Source of the DNA: an uncultured Oscillibacter sp.
Lineage (GTDB): Bacteria; Bacillota; Clostridia; Oscillospirales; Oscillospiraceae
DNA length: 50,561 nucleotides
NCBI GenBank assembly: GCA_946494635.1
Contig: CAMMCS010000001.1
Span: 1 to 50,561 of the forward strand
Direction: 5' to 3'
This document shows positions 30,495 through 39,751 of this stretch, piece by piece. The stretch's first letter is position 1. Each line of letters begins with the position of its first letter. A model generated the notes under the pieces. That model did no database searches and had not been told where the DNA came from. It worked only from the letters and a program-made list of their open reading frames with translations. The translations under genes were made by a program, and so were the position numbers.

Positions 30495-31673
30495 ATGAAA
30501 CCTTTGGAGGGAATCCGAATTATTGATCTAGGAAGATTTGTTTCAGCGCCATTTTGTGGAATGTTGTTAGGGGATCTCGGAGCGGAAGTGATTAAAGTGG
30601 AAAAGCCTGTGTCCGGAGAGGACTCAAGAGGTGTTGGGCCATTTTTGAATGGGGCGTCTCTATACGTTCCGACTTTTAACCGCAACAAAAAGGGCGTTAC
30701 TATCCAAACCCGAAAGCAAGAGGGTATTCAGCTATTGAAGGAACTCATTCAAACGGCAGATGTGCTTCTTGAGAATTATCGTCCGGGGACACTTGAAAAG
30801 ATGGGTTTGGGCTATAAAACCATACAGAAGATTAATCCGCGGATGATTGTAGCGTCTATTTCCGGGTTCGGACAAACAGGGCCGGATGCGTTGCGGTCGG
30901 CTTTTGATCCCATTGCGCAGGCAGTGGGCGGACTGTATGCGATAACGGGAACAGAACAGTCTGGTCCCCTTGGAGCCGGAACGGTCATTGCAGATCTGAC
31001 GACTGGACTATATACAGCCTATGCGATTTTGGCTGCTGTCATTCAGCGTGGGAGGACAGGCAAGGGCCAATACATCGATATTGCGATGACCGACTGCATG
31101 GTTTCCCTACTGCATATCTATGTCCCTGATTATGCGGCCAATGGGACAGTTCCCAAACGTCATGGAAACAGGGATCCGCTTTCCGCTCCAGCGGACTGCT
31201 ATCAGACGGCTGATGGTTACATTGTCATGCATGCAGGTGAAGATAAGGCCTATGCGAGTCTGAAGCAATTGATTGCGGACGCGAGACTTGCTGATCCAAA
31301 ATTTGACTCGCATCAGGGGCGCGTTCTATATCAGGAAGAGTTGGAGAAGTATCTTCGGGATTGGTTTAAAGATAAGACAACGGATGAGGCGGAGCGCACG
31401 TTGCTTAATAACGGAATTATGGCAGCGCGTGTTTATGACATGCCTCATATCTTCACATCTGAACAGATTAAGCAGAGGGGGATGCTGGTTGAAATGGATG
31501 TCCCCAATGCCGGCACTTGTATTTTCCAAGGGAACCCGATTCATATGTCGGATCTGCAAATTTCCTATAAAAGAGCACCCATGGTAGGCGAGCACAATCA
31601 GGAAATCTTTGGAACTTTACTGAAAAAAGAGGATGGAATACTGAGGAGTATGCAGGAAGAGGGCATCATCTAA
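30495..31673 (+). CDS. CaiB/BaiF family III CoA-transferase
   Basis: PLEGIRIID, LGDLGAEVIKVE, NRNKK, ENYRPG, SGFGQTGP, catalytic Asp in IADLTTG. Confidence 0.95.
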   Translation: MKPLEGIRIIDLGRFVSAPFCGMLLGDLGAEVIKVEKPVSGEDSRGVGPFLNGASLYVPTFNRNKKGVTIQTRKQEGIQLLKELIQTADVLLENYRPGTLEKMGLGYKTIQKINPRMIVASISGFGQTGPDALRSAFDPIAQAVGGLYAITGTEQSGPLGAGTVIADLTTGLYTAYAILAAVIQRGRTGKGQYIDIAMTDCMVSLLHIYVPDYAANGTVPKRHGNRDPLSAPADCYQTADGYIVMHAGEDKAYASLKQLIADARLADPKFDSHQGRVLYQEELEKYLRDWFKDKTTDEAERTLLNNGIMAARVYDMPHIFTSEQIKQRGMLVEMDVPNAGTCIFQGNPIHMSDLQISYKRAPMVGEHNQEIFGTLLKKEDGILRSMQEEGII

Positions 31674-31693
31674 AAACACAGAAGGAGATTGAA

Positions 31694-32458
31694 ATGGAAT
31701 TTGTTAAATTAGATATTCAAAATCATATTGGGGTTGTGACTTTTTCCAGACCACCTATCAATGCAGTTAATCTGCAGTGCAACTTGGAAATAGCAGAGGT
31801 CTTTGAACAGATCAACCATTGCGATGAAATCTGGTGCGTGGTGCTGCGGGCATTGGGAAAGGGATTTATTTCCGGCAGTGATGTGGATGATTTTGCTGCT
31901 TATGATGAAGAACTGCTGAAAGCCAACGAGGATGCGGATGTGAGAAGCATCATGGCCATTTACCACTGTCGCGTCCCTGTGATTTGCCAAGTGCAGGGGT
32001 ATGTATTGGGCCATGGCACGACATTTGCAGCCGCAAGCGACATGATTGTGGCAGCTGATGATACATATTTTGGAATCCCAGAAGTTACTCTTTGTGTAGT
32101 GGGGGGAACGGATGCAATCCGCCAGCTTGTGCCGGAGAAATTCCTGCGTTATATGGCATACACCGGGAAAAAGATCAGCGTACAGAAAATTGCGGAATAT
32201 GGAAATATTTTGAGAGTTGTTCCCCGGGCCCTTGCATTTGAGACGGCGATGGAGGTTGCGGCGGAGATTACCAGCCAATATCCAAAGGCGGTACAATGTG
32301 TAAAGGCGGCGGTTCAAGATCTCACAAACCACGACAAAGAGCGGGACTTCTATGTTGACTGCACCTATACACATGAGCTGCTGAAGGACCCTGAGAGAGA
32401 AAAAGCCTTGGAAACTTATTATGCAAAACTGAGGGAGAAAAAAGCTGGGAGAATATGA
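31694..32458 (+). CDS. Enoyl-CoA hydratase/isomerase (crotonase) family protein, paralogue 1
   Basis: RPPINA, FISGSD, GYVLGHG, FGIPE. Confidence 0.9.
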   Translation: MEFVKLDIQNHIGVVTFSRPPINAVNLQCNLEIAEVFEQINHCDEIWCVVLRALGKGFISGSDVDDFAAYDEELLKANEDADVRSIMAIYHCRVPVICQVQGYVLGHGTTFAAASDMIVAADDTYFGIPEVTLCVVGGTDAIRQLVPEKFLRYMAYTGKKISVQKIAEYGNILRVVPRALAFETAMEVAAEITSQYPKAVQCVKAAVQDLTNHDKERDFYVDCTYTHELLKDPEREKALETYYAKLREKKAGRI

Positions 32459-32459
32459 G

Positions 32460-33209
32460 ATGAGATGCATTACACTTGAAACATTGGAAGATCATATTGC
32501 CGTAGTAACTTTCCACAGGCCTCCAATTAATGCAATAGATCTTGCCGCTAATATTGAAATTGCTGAGACATTTGAAGAACTCAGCCGAAATGATCAGATC
32601 AGGTGTGTTGTTTTTAGAAGTATTGGGAAAGGATTTATTTCCGGAAGTGACACAGGCGACTTTTCAGCATTTGACGAAGAGATCCTGAAAGCAAATGAAG
32701 ATGCAGATATCCGGAGTGTTTTGGCGATTGAAAGCTGCCGCGTTCCTGTGATCTGCCAGGTACAAGGCTATGTTATGGGGCTTGGAACCTGTCTGGCTGC
32801 AGCATCGGATTTTATTGTTGCGGCAGAGAATACTTATTTTTCACAACCAGAGGTAAGACTCTGTGTAGTTGGAGGGACAGGGGCACTCCGGCAGTTGGTT
32901 CCAGAAAAATTTATGCGGTACATGGTCTATACTGGGAAAAAGATCGGAGTAGAAACTATTGCAAAATTTGGAAGCATACACATGGTTGTTCCCTTGGAGG
33001 ATGCTTTTGGTACGGCACTGGATTTAGGGCGCGAAATCGCAAGGAACAGCTCAAAAGCGGTATACAGTGTAAAAGCTGCCATTCACGATCTTATTCGAAG
33101 AGACTCAGAAGAAGAGTACCGGATCGACTGTCAACAGACACATATAATGCTGCGGGATCCAATGAGAGATGAAATACTGACGAATTATAATCAGAAAATT
33201 AAAAAGTAG
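32460..33209 (+). CDS. Enoyl-CoA hydratase/isomerase (crotonase) family protein, paralogue 2
   Basis: RPPINA, FISGSD, GYVMGLG, FSQPE; colinear with paralogue 1. Confidence 0.9.
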   Translation: MRCITLETLEDHIAVVTFHRPPINAIDLAANIEIAETFEELSRNDQIRCVVFRSIGKGFISGSDTGDFSAFDEEILKANEDADIRSVLAIESCRVPVICQVQGYVMGLGTCLAAASDFIVAAENTYFSQPEVRLCVVGGTGALRQLVPEKFMRYMVYTGKKIGVETIAKFGSIHMVVPLEDAFGTALDLGREIARNSSKAVYSVKAAIHDLIRRDSEEEYRIDCQQTHIMLRDPMRDEILTNYNQKIKK

Positions 33210-33337
33210 CCGGCCGATGCACGTTTACTCCTATACGCTAGAATATTGGCGGCGCAGCAGGGAAGCGCAAGACAGCACCGAAAAATAACAGAAGATTTTC
33301 AGACGATGGGATTCCAGTTGAGCCACCATGTATATAA

Positions 33338-33367
33338 AAAGAGCCACCGGGAAACCGGTGGCTCTTT
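33338..33367. terminator. Bidirectional terminator
   Basis: aaagagccaccgg-gaaa-ccggtggctcttt. Confidence 0.8.
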
Positions 33368-33610
33368 GCGAAGAACATCCGTCATGTAATCGGAAATTTT
33401 GGGGGCATGTGGTTTTGAGCTTTGCCTTTTCACCTGCTGCAGGACATGTTGTGTGCTTATGGTTTTGAACGAAAGAATCTCCTGAAGAGTTTCCACACCA
33501 CAATCTGGAAGGGGAATATGTGCTGAGCGGGAGGAAATGGCTGCCATTTACATATTCGGCGAGAAGCAATATGGGCCAGGCATCGCGCCAAAATCTGACA
33601 TTGGCTTCGG

Positions 33611-34819
33611 TCACAGCAGCTCCCGACGCTTCTGCCGCCGGCAGGCCAGAAGGCACAGGCCCAGCCCCAGCGCCAGCAGGACAGCCGCCGCGGCGGCCTC
33701 GATGCCCCGGGGCAGCCAGAGAGCACCATTGCCCAGGTTGCGGAACATGAACGGCATATCCAGCAGCCAGGTGCCCAGCACCGCACCCACTGCCACGAAC
33801 AGGGGAACGGCCTTCAGCAGCATGGCGATGTAGCTGCCGCTGTACTGGGAGAGGAACACCGTCAGCCCGGCGGCCCCCAGGGACAGGGCCAGGAGCAGTC
33901 CCGCCAGCACCAGCAGATAGGTGCCGTAGCTCCAGTCGAACCAGGGGGTGCCCCACTCCCAGATGCCGCCCAAACTACAGGCGGCGAACCGCAGGGGCCC
34001 CTGGGCCAGGAAGGGAACGGCATAGACGGTTATATTCACCGCCGCCAGCACCAGCGCGGAGAGCAGGGCGGCTCCCATCTGCGTGTTCAAAATGGTCCGC
34101 CCCTGGCGGGAGGCCCACTGCATGGGCCGGGTGTTCCGCAGCCGGTCCCGCACCAGGGTGGGGGAGAGCAGGAGCACGATGCTGAGGACGCACCACACGG
34201 CCAGGTCCTTGCCGTACTCCTGGGTGGAGTGCTTCACGGAGGACGGCAGCAGGGAGTGGGCCATCTCTGAGCTTGCCAGCTCTGCCTCCCGCCGGACAAT
34301 GGCCTCCGGCTGGCCGTCCGCCCGTCGGTTGGAGACGATCTGAGCGTGGCGCTCCGCCTGGGTGTCATAGGCCTCCATGGCCTGCTTCAGTACGGCTATC
34401 GTATACCAGCTGGTGCCGCCGTACACCCGGTTCAGCAGATATTCCGTGTCCATATCCGCTTGGCCGTCAGCGTTGAGCACGCCATTCAGGTACTCCTCCC
34501 GAAAGGAGAGAAAAGATTCATAGTCCGTCAGTCCCGCCGCCGAGGCCTCCGGGATAGAGGAGATCTGTTGGCCAAAGGAGGCGATCTCCTCGGCCAGCTG
34601 TCCGTCCAGCTGCGCCCGCTCCCCGGGCTCCAGGGTGGGGCCGTACTGCGCCACCCAGCCAGAGGCCAGATCGAACTGGGCCTCTGCATTGGGCCCGTTG
34701 CAGAAATATTCGATGTAGAACTGGGGGAACATCCAGTAGTACACCGCCCCCAGCAGCAGGATGGCCGCCAGGATGCCGGGCCGCCAGATCTTCCGCAGCT
34801 CCCATTTCAAAAGTTCCAT
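33611..34819 (-). CDS. ABC-2-type permease-like membrane protein with extracellular domain
   Basis: MELLKWELRKIW; N-terminal TM, large loop, ASRQGR, five or more C-terminal TMs. Confidence 0.8.
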   Translation of the reverse strand: MELLKWELRKIWRPGILAAILLLGAVYYWMFPQFYIEYFCNGPNAEAQFDLASGWVAQYGPTLEPGERAQLDGQLAEEIASFGQQISSIPEASAAGLTDYESFLSFREEYLNGVLNADGQADMDTEYLLNRVYGGTSWYTIAVLKQAMEAYDTQAERHAQIVSNRRADGQPEAIVRREAELASSEMAHSLLPSSVKHSTQEYGKDLAVWCVLSIVLLLSPTLVRDRLRNTRPMQWASRQGRTILNTQMGAALLSALVLAAVNITVYAVPFLAQGPLRFAACSLGGIWEWGTPWFDWSYGTYLLVLAGLLLALSLGAAGLTVFLSQYSGSYIAMLLKAVPLFVAVGAVLGTWLLDMPFMFRNLGNGALWLPRGIEAAAAAVLLALGLGLCLLACRRQKRRELL

Positions 34820-35964
34820 CAGGACACGTCCTTTCTCTCAAACCAACGGAGGGCCAGCAGGGCTCCGCCGCCCCAGAGCAGCAGGTTCAGACCGCTTGCA
34901 ATCGTCTCCTGCCAGGGGAGGACGGCGTTGAGCCCCAGCTCCGTGAACCAGGCGCTGCAGGAGAGCCAGACCATCACCGGCTGGAAGCAGGCGATGAGAT
35001 ACGCCGCCCACCAGCCCAGCTCCCCAAAGGCGGAGACAAGCCCCATCCCGCCGAAGCACAGGATCCCCAGCACCAGCGCGGCCAGATAGGGGCTTCGCAC
35101 CAGCGTTCCGCACACCGACGCCAGCAGGGAGAACACCGCCGTCAGCACCGCCCCCAGGGCCAGGGCGGCGGCCAGGTACTGGGCCACGGTGAAGTCCCCC
35201 CAGGTGAGGAAGGGGCGCACCACCAGCATATCGGAGAAGTAGTTGAACTGGCTGGACACGCTGGCATCCCAGATACCGCCGTAGTCGTACAGCAGGAAAT
35301 AGGGCACCAGGGTGCAGACCGCCAGCAGACCGTACAGCGCCGCCGACGCCGGGAGGGCCGCCAGCACCTTGACCCGCCGCAGCTTCCGTCCCGTCCGGGA
35401 GGAGCAGGCCAGGCCCTCCGTGCGGTGCATCCCCTCGTAGCCCAGCGGGTACAGCGTCCCCAGCATGGCCAGGATGGCGCTCTCGCACAGGACGGCCCGG
35501 AACAGGGAGCCGAAGAGGAACTGGTGGCTGCCGTAGGTGACGGGGCCCGCGTACAGGTCCATGGCCGCATCGGTCTCCGCCAGATGCGCCACCCGGCCAG
35601 CCAGCAGGCCATACTTAAAGGTCATCCACTTTACAGCCAGGGGCGAGCTCTCCACCACGCCGGTGTAGAAGTCCGAAAGCTCTCGGGTGTCGTATGTCTC
35701 GAAGATGTCCTCCATTCCGGTGACGGACTGGAGCAGCAGCTCCCGATTCTCCGTGGCGGGCATAGCGTCCAGAGCGGCAAGAAAATCTTCATCCACCCGC
35801 TGGCCCAGGGCCTCTGATACGGCGGACGTCTCGTTGAAGAGCGCCCGGTCATAGGGGGACAGACTGGCGAAGAGCAGGGCGTTGAAGGCCAGGCACAGCG
35901 CCAGGAACACCCACAGGGCCGGCAGGCGGAAGAGCTTCCGCCACTCATAGACCGCCAGATTCAT
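34819..35964 (-). CDS. ABC-2-type permease-like membrane protein
   Basis: MNLAVYEWRKLF (ATG 35964), SSRTGR motif, multi-TM. Confidence 0.8.
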   Translation of the reverse strand: MNLAVYEWRKLFRLPALWVFLALCLAFNALLFASLSPYDRALFNETSAVSEALGQRVDEDFLAALDAMPATENRELLLQSVTGMEDIFETYDTRELSDFYTGVVESSPLAVKWMTFKYGLLAGRVAHLAETDAAMDLYAGPVTYGSHQFLFGSLFRAVLCESAILAMLGTLYPLGYEGMHRTEGLACSSRTGRKLRRVKVLAALPASAALYGLLAVCTLVPYFLLYDYGGIWDASVSSQFNYFSDMLVVRPFLTWGDFTVAQYLAAALALGAVLTAVFSLLASVCGTLVRSPYLAALVLGILCFGGMGLVSAFGELGWWAAYLIACFQPVMVWLSCSAWFTELGLNAVLPWQETIASGLNLLLWGGGALLALRWFERKDVS

Positions 35965-36811
35965 GGCTGTCCCTCCCGGTAGATGGCGAGAAACGCGTCC
36001 TCCAGCCCCGGCGTTACCGGCGTCCCATTGGCGGGGGCGTCTCGCAGAGCACCCGGAGCACCGGGCCGTCCGCCCCCTGCCCCTCACTGAGCAGGAACTG
36101 CCCCGGGGCCAGGGGCGTCCCGGCGGGGAGCTGGAACACCTGGCCCTGGAACTGGGCGCAGATATGGGCAGGGCTGTCACAGCAGTAGAGGCGGTGGTCC
36201 CGGAACATGATGATCTGCCCGGCGATGGTCTCAATGTCCGAGACGATATGGGTGGAGAGGATGACGATGCGTTCCCCGGACAGGGCGTGGATCAGGTTCC
36301 GGAACCGCACCCGCTCCCGGGGGTCCAGCCCGGCGGTGGGCTCGTCCAGGATCAGCAGCTGCGGGTCGTTCAGCATGGCGGTGGCGATGCCCACCCGCTG
36401 GAGCATCCCACCGGAGAACTTCTTCATCTTTTTATCCGCCACATCGCCGAGCCCCACCGTCTCCAGCAGCTGGCCGATGCGGCCGTCCGCCTCCCGCCGG
36501 GGGATGCACTGGAGGGCGGCGGCATAGCGGAGGAACTGACGGGGCGTGTAGTTGGGATAGTACCCGAACTGCTGGGGGAGATACCCCAGCAGACCCCGGT
36601 ACTCCGCCCCCAGAGCCTGGATGTCCTCCCCCTCCCACAGGATCTGGCCCCTGGTAGGGAACAGGAGGGTGGTGAGCATCTTGATGAGGGTGGTCTTGCC
36701 CGCCCCATTGGGGGACAGCAGGCCGTAGACGCCGGGGGTGAAGGTCAGGGAGATGTCCTCCAGGGCGGTAAAGCTCCCATAGGTTTTCGTGACGTGCTCA
36801 ACGGAGAGCAT
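35961..36811 (-). pseudogene. ABC ATPase with a frameshift near the C-terminus
   Basis: SPNGAGKT, FSGGM, LDEPTAGLDP; frame ends PMGRR* at 36014, while the conserved tail PGLEDAFLAIY continues in another frame to a TGA overlapping the next ATG. Confidence 0.8.
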
Positions 36812-37547
36812 AGCAGACGCCTCCTTCCATCGGGCGCCGGCAGAAGCGGCGCAGTTCCATGAGGTACAGGGTGATCCCGGCGGCTGCCAGCAGGCAGAAC
36901 ACCGCGGCGGGGACGGCCGTCAGCCACGCGGCTGCCCGGGGCCAGATCAGCGGCACCAGGCCCAGCAGAACCCAGCCGACCGGCGCCGCCAGCCACCCGG
37001 CAGGCCCCCGCAGCCGCTGGCACAGCAGGGAGAGGGCACCGTACAGAAACAGGCTGGCCAGGGACAGGGCCAGCATCCAGCCCAGGGGCATCTCCCGCCC
37101 GGTGAGGGCCCACAGCAGCAGATCTGCCGGGACACAAACCAGCACGGACACGCCGCCGAAGCACAGCATCCGCAGGGCCGCCACCATCCGGGCGGAGATT
37201 TGGAAGGTCTAGGCCCACTCCCAGAGGCCGGTCTGAAGGGCCTTCCAGCCGGTCAGCAGGGAGAGGGCGGCATACAGCAGGGGAGAGAACAGGAACAGGG
37301 CCGGCGCCAGGGAGCCGGTGGAGCTGGCCACAAAGAGGGCCGGCAGCAGGCACAGGGCCCAGATCAGCAGGGACAGGGCCAGGCAGTCCCAGGTGCCGAA
37401 GAACAGCGCCGGCGCGCCCACAGCCCGCAGGGTCTCCAGCAGCTCCCGCCCCAGGCTCGGCCGGGGGGGCAGGCCCGCGTCCAAAATGCGGGCAATGGCC
37501 CGCTGCTTTTCCGCCTCTGTGGGCATGGGAATTTTTTGATTATCCAT
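36798..37547 (-). pseudogene. Multi-TM membrane protein (anti-sigma-like position) interrupted by an in-frame TAG
   Basis: MDNQKIPMP...LWEWA*TFQISARMVAALRM...; TAG at 37211-37209; both halves in the same frame. Confidence 0.75.
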
Positions 37548-38076
37548 CCGCTCCAAACTCCTTTCGCAGCCGCCCAATCAGGCGGTAGTAGCGGGATTTC
37601 ACCGCCGCCTCCGGCTCCTCCAGGGCGGCGGCGATCTCCGGAAAGGTCTTTTCTCCGTAGATCCGCAGGCGGAACACCGCCTGTTCCCCGAGATCCAGGC
37701 CGGAGACATAGGACTCGATGGCCTCCAGCAGGGCCCGGTCATGGACGCGGGCCACGAAGTCCTCTGCCGCGGGGATCTCCATTTCCTCGATGGGAAGGGA
37801 GAACGGCCGGGCCCTGCGGCGGGCGTCGATGACCTTGTTGGCGGCGATGCGGTACAGCTAGGTGCGGAAGGACGCCCGTTCCGCCCGGTAGCCAGGCAAT
37901 GCCCGCAGGACGGCGACGAAGATGGACTGGGTCAGGTCCATGGCGTCCTCCTTGCTGCCGGTCTGGCGGCAGACGAAGCGGTAGATCTCATCATAGTAGG
38001 ATTGGATCAGATGCTCCGCCGCCTCCCGGGAATTCCGCCGCTGGATGGCTCTGATCCACTTTTGCTCCTGCTCCAC
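37540..38076 (-). pseudogene. ECF RNA polymerase sigma factor interrupted by an in-frame TAG
   Basis: GTG start; DAMDLTQSIF, ASFRT*LYRIAAN (TAG at 37860-37858 replaces the conserved Trp), region 4 TFPEIAAALE..AVKSRYYR. Confidence 0.88.
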
Positions 38077-38099
38077 TGCCTCACCGCCTTTCGTAGGTA

Positions 38100-38128
38100 T
38101 ATTCGTTCTTAGAGGCGCCGCCGTTTCA
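38100..38128 (-). promoter_or_regulatory. Putative autoregulatory ECF promoter
   Basis: TGAAAC-17-CGAATA upstream of the sigma RBS. Confidence 0.6.
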
Positions 38129-38193
38129 GAAGACAGAAAAAAATTCGGGGAGCGGCCAATAGAAAACGTCCGTCCCTGTCCGGGAGAAACCTG

Positions 38194-38226
38194 AAACAGG
38201 CCCGCCATACGGCGGGCCTGCTTTTT
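38194..38226. terminator. Intrinsic terminator after the regulator gene
   Basis: caggcccgcc-atac-ggcgggcctg flanked by A/T runs. Confidence 0.7.
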
Positions 38227-38284
38227 GTTCACGGATTTTCGGCACGCCTTTCCGCCGCGGGGCTGTCCTGCCTGACAGCAGATG

Positions 38285-39598
38285 TCAGGTGCCGCGCAGG
38301 CTTTCCGGCAGGGAGACCTTCAGAACCCGGGCGGGCCTGCCTTTTCCGCCGGAACGCTTTCCAACGGTCGTGATGCAGCCGGCTTCCTCAAGCCGGGTGA
38401 TGATCCGGTTGGCGCTGCGGGTTGTGATGCCAAGGCGCGCGGCCATCTCCTCCGAGGTCATGGTGTCGCCCTCCTGCTGCAGGCTCTGGTTCAGCCGCAT
38501 GAGGGTCTCTCTGCCGATGCCGATGCGGCGGATAAAGAACTCCGCGCTGCTGCTGCTGTCCTCAAAGCTGATGGAGGCAGCCGTTGCACGTTTTTCATCC
38601 TCCACCAGATAGGAGCTGCCGGCCCGGTCTGCGATGGCGTGATTGATGGCCATTAAGCAGCGGGATTTCGCCTCCAGCGTGGTATTGCCGACCCCCATGC
38701 CGATCCAGACCTTGTATTCGGAGCTGCGACGGCCGAACTGCATCAGCTTCCAGTGCTCCCCGTTTTTCAGGAAAACATTCATCAGCATATTGCGGGTTGT
38801 GACAATGAAGAAATGGTCGATACCGATTTCGAAAACGGCGGCCTCCATGCGCTGGGCTACGCTGTAGACCTTTGCCTTGAACTCATTCTGGTACTGCATC
38901 TTTTCCCATTCCCGGATAAAGAGATCCTGCACATCGTCGAAAACATAATTAAAGTGAATGGCGATCATGGCCAGCTTTCCCCTGTTTTCGCGGGCCGTAA
39001 ATTCCTGAACCTGCAGATAGTAGATCTGTTCCCGGATCATCTCCTCGGCAGGATAGGTGCGGATACAGGGAATCCCCTCAGCCAGCAGCGGCTCCCGGAC
39101 GTGCTCCATGCTGGTAAAGCAGGCGGATACCAGCCCCTGCCGGTAGCAGTCCCTGTGGAAATCCTGGACCTTTTTCTCGTAGCCGCCCTCTTCCGGATCG
39201 TATGGGGCCTGATAAATCTGCGCGTTGTGGACGCCGGCAGACTCCAGGACCTCCCGCAGGAGCTCGGGGCTGTACCGGTCCACGCTGATGGCGTGCAGAT
39301 CACTGCCATAAACAGCAATGGCCTGCAAAAACGACTGCTGCGCAGCCGTTCGGCTGTGAGGCAGATATCCCCAGGGAATCCTGGGCCTGACCCGATGCCG
39401 CGCATAGGCGTAGTTGGTCGGGCCGGAGAAGAGGATCGCATCCACATCCTTTTGCTTCTGCAGCTTGGCCGCCAGTTCCCCGGATTCCTCATAAAATTCC
39501 GTGCAGCAGTAGACGAACTGTACGTCAGCCGCGTCTCTTTCTGCCACGTTTTTGACAATTTTCACGGTGGTTTCAGGCCCGATCACACCAATTTTCAA
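38285..39598 (-). CDS. Large transcriptional regulator: N-terminal sensor, GGDEF-like middle, C-terminal winged HTH
   Basis: TTG start after aggagg, KIGVIGP, FSGP, IGMGVG, TSEEMAARLGITTRSANRII...GRP. Confidence 0.8.
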   Translation of the reverse strand: MKIGVIGPETTVKIVKNVAERDAADVQFVYCCTEFYEESGELAAKLQKQKDVDAILFSGPTNYAYARHRVRPRIPWGYLPHSRTAAQQSFLQAIAVYGSDLHAISVDRYSPELLREVLESAGVHNAQIYQAPYDPEEGGYEKKVQDFHRDCYRQGLVSACFTSMEHVREPLLAEGIPCIRTYPAEEMIREQIYYLQVQEFTARENRGKLAMIAIHFNYVFDDVQDLFIREWEKMQYQNEFKAKVYSVAQRMEAAVFEIGIDHFFIVTTRNMLMNVFLKNGEHWKLMQFGRRSSEYKVWIGMGVGNTTLEAKSRCLMAINHAIADRAGSSYLVEDEKRATAASISFEDSSSSAEFFIRRIGIGRETLMRLNQSLQQEGDTMTSEEMAARLGITTRSANRIITRLEEAGCITTVGKRSGGKGRPARVLKVSLPESLRGT

Positions 39599-39623
39599 GG
39601 GTTTTCCTCCTTTTTCTACAGAA

Positions 39624-39723
39624 TTAAAGACTTGATTTTCTATTTTGGACACTATTTTACACCTATTAAAGACACGCTGCAAGTGGTAATCTGCCTCTAT
39701 AGTTTAAAGACAGCTGTCTTTAA
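39624..39723. promoter_or_regulatory. Candidate operator set in the divergent promoter region
   Basis: Perfect 20-bp palindrome TTAAAGACAGCTGTCTTTAA (39704-39723); half-sites TTAAAGAC at 39624-39631 and 39666-39673. Confidence 0.7.
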
Positions 39724-39751
39724 GAGAAATACACCCCGGAGGAGGGATGCT

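Larger units (their letters stand above)
19841..33560. other. AT-richer, probably horizontally acquired catabolic island
   Basis: Visibly lower GC and A/T-ending codons than the GC3-rich flanks; IS3 remnant at the left edge; boundaries approximate. Confidence 0.7.

Noticed and set aside
33300-33330. tRNA or tmRNA 3' end (…gagccacca)
   Set aside because: No T-loop GTTCRA and no cloverleaf
37209-37860. Amber recoding or pyrrolysine as the explanation for in-frame TAGs (also near 18667)
   Set aside because: Each TAG is one transition from TGG or CAG, frameshifts co-occur, TAG ends other genes in the window (25991, 33209), and no pyl genes are present here
38753-39751. 708-aa ORF suggesting an N-terminal fusion to the M20 peptidase
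   Set aside because: The extension is antisense to the regulator and crosses the promoter; a strong RBS and ATG sit at 39752
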